Origin: Phoronis australis
Taxonomy: Eukaryota > Animalia > Phoronida
Assembly (NCBI GenBank): GCA_002633005.1
Contig: NMRA01000739.1
Location: 62,001-126,000 of the forward strand
DNA length: 64,000 bases
Reading direction: 5' to 3'
The notes beneath the pieces are model-generated. The model was not told the DNA's origin. It worked only from the letters and a program-made list of their open reading frames with translations, and made no database searches. Made by a program: the position numbers and the translations under genes. Below are positions 12,681 through 25,347 of the stretch, piece by piece; within the stretch, counting starts at the first letter, position 1; every line of letters begins with the position of its first letter.

Positions 12681-13864
12681 TTAATAGTCTTACTTCTTAT
12701 CTCTGACGTGACTTTTTGTCGAAAAAATATATTCACGTTTTGAAATAAGGCAGTACCGCCGCTGGATAATTATATCTGTAAGCGCGTTAGGGGGCGCGGC
12801 ATGATAGTTATCAGCTTTAACCTTTATAAGCAATGAAATTAAAAGGGTTTCTGTGAAAGATATTTAGTTCTATCACTGTTAGTTGTGGAAAATTTCGCTT
12901 TAACTATTAGTTGCAATCGATTTTCCGGACCTCGGCGTTGATTGGATGTGGTCCCATCGCACTACCGTATCCGGTTAGAGCGTTAAAGACCTTTCGACGT
13001 TAGCCGAGTGCGCTAACGAGCTACAGAAAACAATATCCCAATTAACGCTGTGATTGCGCTGTGTGGAACCCGTAATTGGTCTGTTTTATCAAATAAGGAA
13101 AATTACCTATATGTCGATTTGCGATTATGTATCTACTGCCTATTAATTAAAGGTGTATATATGGAGATAAAACCGCGTGCACCGTGGCGATCGTGCGCAG
13201 TCATGAAAGCTAATGGCAGTCTAATTGGAGAATAATTATAGTTTGAAGTTTCTAGAAGGAAACCAATATTTTCTCTTGTTCTTAATTCTTATAATTTTCA
13301 TTCGTCGGGCGTGGTCTTCATTTACTGACTTCACAGTGATTATATATATATTCTTTATGTGCCCACCTACTATATACTCTGAAAATTAGTAGCAAGTCGT
13401 CTTCGACTTGGCAACCACGTGACGATTATCGTGAGCATGTACTTTGCGCGCCATGGGTTTCAGTGTTTCAACAAGAAAATGCGCGTATAGTCATGGCGTT
13501 ATACATGACCCTTCTCTGAAAAGGGCTCGTGTGCTGGTATTGGACAGCTTTCCGTGTATCACTTAAATTGAAATGAGGGCAAATCGTGTCGACTCATACT
13601 TCGAAAACGTATTTTAGCTCATTTCCGGTGGCGAGAAGAGTTGGGTCGCATTCATTCAAATCTAAACTCGTCAAATATTTGGTCTGAGGCTCAGTAGTCA
13701 GCTGGCATTTTTAGAACACCGGGCAAAATCCTTCAGTCTTTCAATTTTGAAAAGTTTACGACGGAACTGGCGTGCATCGCGATGCGTTTAAGGGATTAGA
13801 AGTTTTAGCAAAAACAAAGGAAACATACATTACCATTCTAAGCGTGAATTGGGTTTCAGAACTA

Positions 13865-14021
13865 AAGGGGCGGATCCAGGATTTTGAGTTAGGGGGCTAG
13901 GACGGAGTATTAGCCAGGATTTTGCCCGTCAGACATTCGCACCCCCGAACGGCCAAATGCAATCTGGGAGAATTTTAGGGGGGTATGGCCACCAGCCCCC
14001 CCCCCTCTAAATCCGCCACTG
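13865..14021 (+). mobile_element. MITE family B copy (GGCGGATCC...AAATCCGCC ends)
   Basis: Short inverted ends; a reverse-complement copy lies at 38466-38624, with related ends at 29328-29620, 30751 and 57871-57916. Confidence 0.75.
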
Positions 14022-16604
14022 GAGTGCCCTGTAAAAAGGAAGTCACCGCTAAAAATACCAGCACGAATACACCGAACTGCACGAATTTCGATCAGAAATT
14101 CGTCGTGGAGGAAACCTTCATCACGTAACCGACGTGTAAAACAACCAATGAACAACCTAATACGGAAATGAACAAAATGGCGACAGGAAAGCTACAAAGT
14201 TGATAACGTGTTTTCCAGCACCTACAGTGTACATGTACCTTCGACTCGCGTGTCAAACACGTAATTACTACCCTCTTAACGTCGCCGGTTTTTAATAGAT
14301 GCTGCTCAAGCTCTTCGAGCAGACCGCTAACAAATATTTGTCAGAAACGAGAACAAATTAATATTACCGATTTCTTATTAAGGCTAGCATTCAATTCGGA
14401 CGTTGCCTCAACAGCTCTAGCGAATCATCAGTGTCATTTTCAAGGGCTAATATTGCGTGTCACTAAACGAACAAACAGTATTAATTTAAGTGATTTGGAA
14501 AACACTTTTCACTGACTAGTTTTATGGATTCGTGTATAATATAGATTCATTAGAACTTGGAGATTCGTAAGCGGGGCCTTGAGATAACCAAGTTTTAACT
14601 GGAAAATCAGCCAATCGCGTGACACGATTGATGTTAACTTTGAACTTTATGGCTATTCGGTTGGTCAATTTTGGTTTCAAGTTTGTTTTAAACGCAGGTT
14701 TGGGTTTGTAAATGGTATGGATAATTTTTCTCTTTTGAACAAAAACAGCGATGACGGTATGGGAACTTTTTACACCCCGCAGGTGTAAGTAATTACAAAG
14801 GAGAGAGTGGGGCTTTAAATTCTCTGTTAGCGCGTCAAAGAAACAAATAATTCTATTTTTATATTCAAAAACAAAAGTTTTGAACAAAAATTGAAATAAA
14901 CATATTTTTAAAAAGTCTATCACCGGGTAAGTGCGTTATCCTTTGAATGAATTAATAGACGGGTACCGGGCCCTGCGGGGACATGCTCCCCCCTCCTTCC
15001 CCTGCCACCCCCTGAAATCACATGAACCACTTTCCGATGTTCCCTCTGGGAGTATTATAGGTGACACACAAGATGTTTCCATTGCAAGTCAGCAGAGGAT
15101 TTTGCATCCTTTCGTTTTGATAAGTCTCTGCAATCGACCGGTATGACGCAAATCGACGCTTACAAAACTCTCCCTGTTGGGTTAGTAATATAACCGTTTT
15201 AATGTTTTACATTAGACAAATCTTACGCAAACAATATTTGCACGTAAGTGTACAAGAAAGCGTGCACCTTTTACCACCAAAGTATCCAGCGAAGTATTCG
15301 GCACATAAAGGCTGACACCGTCACGGATTGAAGCGATTTTAATTAGTATACAGCTCATTACTGTGACTCGTTAAGATGGTCGTTAAGTTTGGATAAGAAA
15401 GAAATAACATGCAATTTACGTCATTTGAAATGTTTTGCTCTTCTAAAAATCCATTGTCGCTTCACCAATAACGTGCCTACGGCCGTTTTACATGTAGCTG
15501 CGGCAGTACTGATAAATCGGGTCCCGCTTTCTTGTTTGTGTTTTCGAAATGAAAAACAGGCAGCGTTTGTTCAACAGCAAAAACTTTCATGTTCATTTAG
15601 TCTACCATTCACTTGTTTTCTTTTCGTTATTTTTGAAACGCATGTCCACCGCCCGTCATAATTTCCTGTCAACCGTAGGTGTACAGTACACTCACAAAGT
15701 CACCTCCATCTCAGGTACATGTACCTGAAGTATACAGCCCGAGGGCTTAGGGGGCACTAAACCGCCAGTAATCCAATTTCGATAATTTGTTTTATTTGAA
15801 TTGATAACAGTTTTGTCACATCGCGGTCACACGCTCATTGTACGGCAACTACCATTACTAGGTATCAGCCAGGATAAACGGGCTTATTATCTAGAACCAC
15901 CGCAAACATGTAAACTAATGTTTGACCAATCTATAACAAATAAGTGCTAAGAATGGTTGAGAAAATTAGCCCGAACTGCTGTTTTCTACCCATTTCTCGG
16001 CCCAGAAGTGATAGACAAATCACTGCGTTTCACGGGCAGGACAAATGACCAAATTGATCTGGTGACGCCGCGCCGACAATTACCCGGCAATTACCCAAGG
16101 TAGCATAGGAAAAACTGGCCAGAGGCTTCCTCCGTCGAGCTGACACGGGTGGAGGTGTGGGGGTCCGATAGACTGGCAGGCGCCCGAGTACATTAAGGAT
16201 GGACACGTGGTGGAATTAGGGGCGTTTGTGGAGAACATCGTTTTGTAGATTCGCTTTTTCTCAGGCAATTTCAAATGTCGTATCCAATAGAGGATTATCC
16301 TGTTCGGTGTTCATGTACTAATATCGCCCAGGATTTGTAAATCGTCCATTCCATCAAGACGCGTTGAATACATTATGAGACTTCGTCACCGTATGTCACC
16401 AGATTGGCCACTAAATTTGCTGACTATGCTAGTTGTTGTGTGACGTCACAAAGGAAAGATGAAACAACTGCTCGACTGCGAACGTTCATGGTTGATTGTT
16501 AAAACGAATTCAACGATGAATCCCAAATGCCAAAATGTGAATAAAAATCATTTTATAACCAACCATGGTACTAACAATTATATAAAAACACCACTATTGC
16601 ACCA

Positions 16605-16790
16605 CAGTAATAACACAAACAACAGCAAAAATAACAACAACAAAAACCTAAGTAACAACAAAAACCCCAATAACAACATCAACAGCAAACACAAGAGCAA
16701 AAACCAACAGCAATGAAAAAACAACAACAACAAAGACCCCCAAAAACCAAAACAAAACAAAAACAAAACAACAACGAAAACAGTACCACC
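16605..16790. repeat. Degenerate (AAC)/(AAAAC) low-complexity tract
   Basis: Read directly; source of spurious N/K-rich and L/F-rich ORFs. Confidence 0.85.
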
Positions 16791-17808
16791 AAAGGACACC
16801 AAGAAATAACTTTAAATTGAATATGTTATGTAGCAGATGCAATTCAGTGGATTAATAACTTGCAAGCTCTTCCACATAATTCGCGTGTCTTCCCAATGTT
16901 TAGAAATTTCTTAATCATCCTGAATTTGTATTTCTCACCCTGGTTTCTACTCACAGTGTTGAGCCACAATATAGCGTTTCTATTCATATAATTACTTGAC
17001 AAACAAAAACAAGAAAACTGTGTCCCCATAAAACTATTGATGTACGATGCAAAACAAAACCCCTAAAAAAATATACCCTAAGATGTAAACCAGAACCCCT
17101 ATAGAAATTGTCCTGCACGGTGTACATGTAACATGCCCTATATACTTTTTAACACGTAACCACGGGACTAACTAACGCAACACACAAACTGCATTGAAAG
17201 ACTGACGTGATTTTCTGAAATACATTGCCTTAGCCTGAAATACATTGCCTAAGCCTAATCTTTCATGGTAGTTAGTCCCAATTCCTCTTGACGTTCTAAG
17301 GACCTGTCGGTTTATAAAGTGTTGGCCAATTATCGCCATTTTCCTATTCGTGCGTCTTATCGTCGACAGCCCATCATTGTTCGTCTATTGTGCGACCATA
17401 TTTTTCACTATTTGTCGTACACTATTCAAGCTGGCACATCCCCTGTGTATAAATACAGTCGCTTGACAGCTTATATTATTCAGCAATTACTGCAATTCGC
17501 AATTACCAGATCGCGCGCACACAGCTTTTCAAATCTGTCGCAAAACCTGCCAGACGTCACTGGGATAATGTTTCGCCGCTGTCATTGGACGAGAAAATAT
17601 AGATGGTCAGTGCTTCGTCGGAATTACGTCACGAGTTTACAGGTGAAGTTGCAGACTGGCGGATAAGAAAAGAACGAGATATTACCCTAATCCTGAAACG
17701 AAATTTTTAAAAAAGTAAGTATTGTAACCATTTTGATAGAACTGTAGCTCTTACAAGTTAATGTCACATTGTCGCAGGGAAGAGTGACCATCTTAGATTG
17801 CCCCCAAC

Positions 17809-18040
17809 CATGCGCGCACCAAGCCTAAAATATAGGGGGACTCGAATTTTTAGCAATGTGGATCTTTAATTACAAAAAATGGGGACTAAAAAAACGAGGT
17901 ATCACGTTCGGAGCTATGAATTGTGCATTCTCGCCTTTTTAGTGGACCTTTGTCTCGTTTTCTCGGTCTTTTTGTTTCTCTGAGGCGGACCTTTTTGCCC
18001 ACTTTGCCAAATGGGGGGATCGTTCGAGCCGGCCCCCGAG
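17809..18040 (+). mobile_element. MITE family A copy, right end truncated
   Basis: Starts catgcgcgcaccaagcctaaaatatagg; shared interior (ggacctttttgcccactttgccaaatggggg); right TIR absent. Confidence 0.8.
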
Positions 18041-19164
18041 CCGGTGAAGTCGCTGATTTTGATTTCCGTGCGCGAATGGCGGACAACGGATAGAATTGGT
18101 GATTTTTGACCTAATCTCAAAAACACAATGGATTTCTATTCTTTTATAGCTTAGATCAAAGTTAATAACTTAATCGAATTCTTAATTAGGCCTCAAAAAA
18201 AGGAAGTCTACTATATCCAACAATATTTGCATTTTTTGTTCGTAAAATAGATTATGTTCCCGTAAACCGATAGCAGTGTAAAACTGTTTCATCAATGATG
18301 ACGTAGACAAGACACATGAAATAGAATGCGGCAAACTACTATACTAAAAATATGTGTACCTTATATTTTAGCTTCATTTCATTTTTAAAAAATCATAAAA
18401 CAAATACAGCCCAATTTACTGAATCTTAGAGCCTAATGATGCCTGTTTCACTTACAGAACATCACATTTCAGTGATAAAGCATTTTTAACTTCTCTGAAT
18501 TCAAACAAAAACATTTCATTTGGATATAGCGCAAACACAAACAGAAATGTACCATAGATGACAACTGTTCCTATTTAACAACGATCAGATAATAAATTCT
18601 CACATCATGGTCTGAATTGGTGAACACACAAACCAGAATTGAAACTGTGTCTGTGATCTAACATTTATTTTTAGGAAGTTTTCACGAATCGTTTGCTCCA
18701 AAACCGCTCCCTACAAAAACTAAATAATCATCATCAAATTAAATTGCTATGGTAACCGTGATAGTACTAAACCTGCATTTGCGCCCTGTTTAGCTGGATA
18801 AAATCGAATTCTTAATTAGGCCTCATTATGTTCCTTGTGGTGATGTCATTCTATTTTAGTTATACTGTACCTACCAACTCAAGTCAGGCATTGCGTCTTT
18901 GCCCCATTTCGTAATCGACAACCACGATAAACTTTCGTGAGTAGCTGATGATTTCAATGTTCGTGTTGGTAACGGAAATAGAATCCGATTTTATGAAAGA
19001 AAAAGTCTTATTCGATTTTCGTTTTAAACCAGCCAAGCATGGCCTTTTTAAATAGTCTATGACGATAGGTTGTGAATGTTATGAAGTTAAAAGAAGCATC
19101 AATAATAATTACAGTAATGATAGCATCTACACTATACTATCAACGTTGGTTATAATGACAATAA

Positions 19165-19325
19165 GAGAAATAATAATAATAATTGTCATTGTTATGACTA
19201 TTATTATGATTACTTTAATTATTATTATTATTACTGTTGTTGTTGTTGTTGTTTTTGTTGTTGTTGCTGTTTGTATTGTCATTGTCATTGTTACTTCTTC
19301 TTGTTGTTGTTCTTGTTGTTATTAA
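19165..19325. repeat. Compound trinucleotide low-complexity tract (AAT/ATT/GTT)
   Basis: Read directly. Confidence 0.85.
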
Positions 19326-20352
19326 CATTGATTATAATATTAACAGAGGTTATAACAGAATTCTTTGTGACTGATACTCAAAAATTTTTCGAAGGGTTGT
19401 TTTGCAAAAGGAGCTCTCAAATATACGACTTTCATGATTTTCTTGAAAGATCAAAAGTTTCTTAAAACAGAAACGATTTGATAACTTAGCAAACTGCGAC
19501 AGCGTTTCACCTTCAAAATTTATCTCAACGTTAGTTGATCATGTTGGCTTTGCCGTTGTTTTGCAATGACTGTACAATTCTTTTTTACTATTTTTTCTAA
19601 AATCAGAGCTGATTGGTATGAAGTAAATAATCAAATTCTACTTTTATAAAATATAAATTGTCACTCAGTTAAATTTGTCTGAATGCAGACACTTGTCGAT
19701 TACGTGTTAAATATCCTTAAAATAGCTTCTTCAGAAAGTTAAACGGTTTCTTGTCATATACGCAACTTATACGACAACTCGTTGCGAGTTACCAGGGCAA
19801 CGGTTTATCGTTGTTTAACAGTTACTTGTTACGTAATTTGCATTATTTGTACTTCCTACACAAATTCGTGTACTGCATTCTCTTTTGGAGTTTCTTTTTC
19901 CACATGTTCACGCATATGTTGAAAGCACACATTTCGAAAAGGAAAACGGTATTGGTACAAAATCTGTGCCATAAAGTCAGGAGTTTCTTTTTATGACGGG
20001 CCAGGAAAAATATCAGGTTGGGATCGCACAGCCATGCCCAATAGATCAAAATGACTAGTTAAATTCGAAGTCGGTAATAGTTTTTAAGCTGTGAATATTT
20101 TAAACGTTAAAAACGTGATAGATTAATTATACAAGGGGATCACGAACTCACGGTTGGCATAAGTCATTGATAGAAATAATAAGCACCACAATGTCTGCTT
20201 TTTGTGGGAAAAACTAAAAACGAATTCACGTTTCTATTACATCATCTTGCTGTCGAAGGATTTTGTTCGAAAACGAGAAAACTGGCAGTACAACAAGACA
20301 CTGCTGAGTAGCATCTTGGCGAATCAGAGATCAGCCAGACGATCCCTGCTGA

Positions 20353-20394
20353 CCAATGAGCAAGCTTCTAGGACTGGCGATAATTGCTATAAAA
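20353..20394 (+). promoter_or_regulatory. FoxQ2 core promoter: CCAAT box (20353-20357) and TATA box TATAAAA (20388-20394)
   Basis: Canonical motifs in typical order, about 135-175 nt upstream of the ATG at 20527. Confidence 0.65.
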
Positions 20395-20526
20395 TCCAGT
20401 GACACATAAGAAAACGTCACAAGAGGTTTTGACTGTGAAAACTACGGCAATCTGATTTTTGTGTAAAGCAGTACTTGGGTAAAAACTTGTAAGCGATTGA
20501 GTGCTTGAGAAGTAGTCACCACCAGA

Positions 20527-21633
20527 ATGTGCAGTACGTCTCCACAAGCTTTGTCTTTGGGTTTCACATATGGGTTGAACGTTCCCAACACCGGCCCACT
20601 GTTGCCATCTCAGCTCGGAAGCGGACGGGCCATTCCCCGTGGGCTCACGATAATGGACATCCAGCGAGCTCAACTATTCGACTATACCGCTCGGTTGCAG
20701 TATGCAGCGAGCTTGCGAGGCTTCCACCCGAGCTCCGCATTTCACCACCCTTACCAGCCCGATCCGTTTGCGTTTCTCTATGGAAAGCAAGATCCACGGG
20801 GACGTTTCGTTCACGAAGAGCCTAAACCAAGTCACAGCTACATTGGATTGATAGCTATGGCCATATTGAGCTCACCGGAGAGGAAATTGGTTCTGAGTGA
20901 CATTTACCAGTGGATTCTGGATAATTATCCATACTTCAGAAACCGTGGCCCTGGATGGCGTAACAGCATACGACACAATTTATCGCTGAACGATTGTTTT
21001 GTGAAGTCGGGGAGATCTGCCAATGGCAAGGGGCACTATTGGGCCATTCACCCAGCTAACGTGAACGATTTCAAAAAGGGGGATTTCCGTCGACGACGCG
21101 CCCAGCGCCGAGTTCGCAAACACATGGGCCTAGCCGTGCCGGATGAAGATGACAGCCCAAGTCCGTCACCTTCTCCTAGCATCCAGGAGTGGCAAGAACG
21201 CCAGCTGTCGGCGGATTTAGGGGACGACCACTCTGATAGCACGACTGTGTCGTCGCTCTCTTCAAGTTCCGACAGGAGCTTTAACAACAGCGTGCCAATA
21301 AAGAAACGAGCATTTGACATGGACACCCTGTTAGCACGCGACAGTGAGCGCACATGCGCGCGTGAACAGAAAGTTATGCGTGTGGAGTCCGTTCTCGACG
21401 TCAGTGTTTCGCCAACTGTTTTGGTATCAAACACTTCGCCAACACTGGATAGTCCTTGTAAACGCCCCGTTGATGGCTTCCGACGAAGTGCGTTCCACGT
21501 AACTGGCCACAAGATCTGCAACGTCAAACCCTCGGATCAACTGTCTCAGAACGCGCTTCTTTCACCTAAACCTGGGTACCTGGAAGCCAGCCGACAGTTT
21601 TGTGCCAGCTTGACATCATCAAATATTAAGTGA
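20527..21633 (+). CDS. FoxQ2: Forkhead transcription factor FoxQ2 (fd102C/FoxQD type, C-terminal eh1), single exon, 368 aa
   Basis: Forkhead domain [17 protein letters not shown]...[34 protein letters not shown]...[18 protein letters not shown] (about 20821-21132) is diagnostic of FoxQ2. eh1-like FDMDTLL at 21313-21333. An alternative start at M43 (20653) is possible. Confidence 0.96.
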   Translation: MCSTSPQALSLGFTYGLNVPNTGPLLPSQLGSGRAIPRGLTIMDIQRAQLFDYTARLQYAASLRGFHPSSAFHHPYQPDPFAFLYGKQDPRGRFVHEEPKPSHSYIGLIAMAILSSPERKLVLSDIYQWILDNYPYFRNRGPGWRNSIRHNLSLNDCFVKSGRSANGKGHYWAIHPANVNDFKKGDFRRRRAQRRVRKHMGLAVPDEDDSPSPSPSPSIQEWQERQLSADLGDDHSDSTTVSSLSSSSDRSFNNSVPIKKRAFDMDTLLARDSERTCAREQKVMRVESVLDVSVSPTVLVSNTSPTLDSPCKRPVDGFRRSAFHVTGHKICNVKPSDQLSQNALLSPKPGYLEASRQFCASLTSSNIK

Positions 21634-21742
21634 ATAGAACATTGCTATCATGCGATGATCAGGTTCTGTGAGGGTTGATGTGTGATCAATCTAGCCACGT
21701 TGCGCCGTCACATTTATTGTTATGTAATGCGTAAATACGCAA

Positions 21743-21746
<4 letters not shown>

Positions 21747-21783
<37 letters not shown>

Positions 21784-21803
21784 GTATATATACATATATA
21801 TAT
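21747..21803. repeat. (CA)17 followed by a TA-rich tract in the FoxQ2 3' region
   Basis: Read directly. Confidence 0.95.
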
Positions 21804-22224
21804 AACTGTTATCATCTTCAACGTATTCTGTTTGATTATAAAGTAGTTGTTTTTGTTGTACACATTCTCAGACCGTTAATGTATTTTGTTGAAAGTATAA
21901 TATATGTTTATTTAATCTCAATGTGTTTGTTTGCAAGCTAGCTATGATCATCGCTGAACCCTGCGATGCCTTATCATGAGAGATACAAATAGTGTGGTTT
22001 GTGTTAAAATGAGATTGCACGCATCAAGTCATATAATGTTTCTATCATGAGCGCCCACATGTGTGGAATGGACGTGAAACAAACAACATGGTTTAATTTT
22101 AAAAAGACAAAAAGTTATTCACAGCAGGATTTTTAAGGAGCATTGTGTTTTCGACCGGTTGGATGGAATTGGCTTCTTGTGACCAGAACTACAAAACAAC
22201 AAAATCCGTTGTGTTATTATAATA

Positions 22225-22448
22225 CATGCATGCACCCATCCCTTAATATGGGGTGCTCGAATTTCTGACGATGTGCACCTTTTGCTGACAAAAAAGCGGT
22301 AGGACTAAAAAAACGGGGTACCTTTTTAGTGGACTTTTGTCTCGTTCTCTCGGACTTCTTGTTTCTCTGCGGCGGACCTTTTTGCCCACTTCGCCAAATG
22401 CGGGGGCTCGTTCGAGCACCCCGACCCCCCCCCTTGGGTGCGCGCATG
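22225..22448 (+). mobile_element. MITE family A copy with 5-bp TSD (TAATA)
   Basis: taata|catgcatgcaccc ... gggtgcgcgcatg|taata. Confidence 0.88.
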
Positions 22449-22999
22449 TAATATTATTATGAATCGACCGATGTCTGCCCGACGTTGGTTGAAATCCAAC
22501 TCTACAACTTACCGACTATATACATGTATTGTACGTTTACATCACTCTGTCGTTTATCGAGTGCGATTAAGCTCCAGTAACACAGCTGATCTCTGAAAAT
22601 CATTTCACTCTACCATGGTGTCCGTTAACTTTATCGTTTCGATCACACACTGCTGACCACCAATTTGCAAATCTCGTAAAAAACTCCGTGCATCGATTCC
22701 AATTTTCAGCTATTGATTGATTAAATTAAAACTATAGAAAAAAAGACATTTCGCCGAATCCCAACCATAATCACGCATTTACAACACACAACCACTCACT
22801 ACTTAAACGTTATTTAAAATGCGTTTTCATGGCCAATTTTATCATTTTTTAAAGGCATTAACCGTTGCTGTTTAGAATGCCATCATATTACGCATACACT
22901 GTACTTTGTTGTCTTCAACTATTGTATTGCCTCTTTATGTTATTGTAGCTTTACAAGTAAAGTTCTGTATAAATGCAGGAATAAAATTACTAGAATCAT

Positions 23000-23020
23000 A
23001 ATTAATAATGTATTAATTGA

Positions 23021-23055
<35 letters not shown>

Positions 23056-23162
23056 GAAGAAGAAGAATGACGATGGGGATGATAATAATGGTAATAATAA
23101 TAATGATGATGATAATGATGATGATGATGATGATGAAGATGATGATGATAATAATAATAATT

Positions 23163-23237
<75 letters not shown>

Positions 23238-23297
23238 CTGATGCTGATGATGATGATGGTTGTGGTGGTGGTGGTGGTGGTGGTGGTGATGATGATG
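23000..23297. repeat. Compound trinucleotide microsatellite (AAT)n(AAG)n(ATG)n(GTG)n
   Basis: Read directly; source of poly-I/M/S ORFs. Confidence 0.95.
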
Positions 23298-23439
23298 CCA
23301 GATTTAGGGGGCAGAGGACTCGGGGATCTTGAGGACACAGCCATCGGCATGCCATTTCAGGAGCCAGGTTGGACCCAATCTGGCGAGGTCTTAGATCCGT
23401 CAGAGTAATTGATAATTAGCATTATTATCAATATCACTA

Positions 23440-23552
23440 CTATATTATTATTATTAATATTATTAATATTATTATTGTTATTTTTGTTGTTATTGTTATT
23501 GTTATTGTTATCAATGTTATTATTATTATTGTCATTCTCATCATTATTATTA
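23440..23552. repeat. Degenerate (ATT/GTT)n tract
   Basis: Read directly. Confidence 0.85.
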
Positions 23553-24023
23553 GAATTTCCGGTCGTATAGCAAAAAGATGTAAAACGTATAAACAGTGAA
23601 TTATATGATTATAACCCCTAACCCACTGAAACAAATACAAAATGATACCCTTACAAGTTAGTGACCCTTTCAGTTGCGCAAACATATTGTACTGTTGAGA
23701 GTTACCTAATAGTAGCCAAACGCGGAGGCGTTCGTACTCGAGGACTGAACGGTAATTAACGGTATCCAGGAGCTTGCAACTAGCATAATTTAGCTGCAAT
23801 CTTTGTTACTGTAACTAGGATTGCGCAAATTGTCGATCTATTGGCGTGGCTTTTTAGAAACCTTTCTTGTAAAAATCTAAGTTACGAAGAGGCCAGTAAC
23901 TATGAACGGTGGTCATTAATGAAAACTTAGGGTAAGCACCGTTGTCGCAACCATCACCACCATCATCTTCGCCATTATCATCGTCACCACAATCGACATC
24001 ATATTCATCATAATAAGTTTTAA

Positions 24024-24066
<43 letters not shown>

Positions 24067-24067
24067 G
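24024..24067. repeat. (TGT/GTT)n microsatellite
   Basis: Read directly. Confidence 0.95.
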
Positions 24068-24529
24068 ATCGTGGTCGTTGTGGGGAGTAGTTCTACATTG
24101 TAACTGAACAGGCCGCGTGCGAATCCGTGGGAGCAGAATGCCAGTACACTACCCCTCCCCTTTTCAAGCAATTACAAAAGCAGTTTGAAATCCTTTTCAG
24201 TCTGTGAAGCTAGTAATCAAACCTGAGTGGTCACGACGCTTCGCAACGATGGAGGGGGCAAAATGATTTGTTTCATAGGGGGAATGATGGCTATCGAGAG
24301 ATAAAATTGGTATCTGGGAGATGAAGTTACACGAAGGGGGTAAAACTGCTGACACTGACCTCAGAAGACAAGAGAAGTAAGTTTTGCCATCGAATGTGAA
24401 GAAGACGGACTGCGCCGAATTTAGTTGTGAAGGAGAATTGAGAGGGGTGTTGTGAGGAGGACGAATGGGTCATATTGAGATGTCTGGATATTATTGTTGT
24501 GCAGGGCGTCTGGAATATCGGTCCTTTTA

Positions 24530-24773
24530 CCTGCGCGCACCCAGGGGGGGGGGCTCGCAGGGCGCAAACGAGTCCCCCCCCCATATGGCGAAGTGGGCAA
24601 AAACGTCGGCCTCAGAGGAACAAAAAGTCCGAGAAAACGAGAAAAAACGTCCACTGAAAAGTTCGCAGCTGTGAATGTGGTACCCCTTTTTAGTCCCCGT
24701 GTTTTTTGTTAGTAAAAGGTCCACCATCCAAAGGATTCGAGCCTGCCTATATTTTAGGCTGGGTGCGCGCATG
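24530..24773 (-). mobile_element. MITE family A copy (inverted) with 5-bp TSD (TTTTA)
   Basis: tttta|cctgcgcgcacccagg ... ctgggtgcgcgcatg|tttta. Confidence 0.88.
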
Positions 24774-25206
24774 TTTTACAATGAAGTTGTTAAGTTATAC
24801 AATGTATGCTAAAAACAGTAGAGTAACTGTTAAATTCAATAAAAAAGTAAATTGAGCTCCTGAAAACGTACATGTATAATTTAACCTTCATTCGACACAA
24901 ACGCTAGGTCAAGAAGGATGAGGAGCGAAAGTAGACTCGATTCTGTATTTTGTTACGCTAGAGTGTGGCTTTGTGACATACGCGAGTTTAAATCACATTG
25001 AGTGAGATGTTTTCGGTCATAAGCAGGTACAACAGAACTCCTGCACTAACGGGTGCAAACGTACCTTATCGAAAACAACACTGAAACACTGAGCTAGGGC
25101 TCCAACCTAACACGAACCAAAACAATATATATCAGGGTACATGTAGCTCAGTATTGGCTTTTATGCAAAGCCATGATTCAGAAATCCACAAAGGACAATC
25201 CACTCT

Positions 25207-25347
25207 CATGGGAGGCGAAGCACTGAAATAAGTGTGGGGTATAGCTCGTCAGCTCCCTATCCGGTGCGCCAGTACCCATATCCGTGGGGAGCGCAGCACT
25301 GAAATAAGTGGGGCAGCCCCCAGCCCTCTTATGGTGCAACGCCTATG
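25207..25347 (+). mobile_element. Mini-MITE family D copy (CATGGG.GG...CGCC.ATG ends, core CAGCACTGAAA.AAGTG), internally duplicated
   Basis: Core shared with 35257, 46931 and 47541; flanks actct / agtct. Confidence 0.65.

Noticed and set aside
17447-17720. TATA-like motif plus acceptor/donor pair (17642/17715) as an extra exon
   Set aside because: No convincing reading frame or partner exons; a non-coding transcript is possible but unsupported.
21048-21527. 159-aa antisense ORF and other overlapping ORFs within FoxQ2
   Set aside because: Shadow ORFs of a GC-richer coding strand with no recognisable motif.
22940-24171. Poly-Ile/Met/Ser/Asn ORFs
   Set aside because: Trinucleotide microsatellites lacking stop codons; the same applies to 16459-16842, 19059-19465 and 47401-47673.
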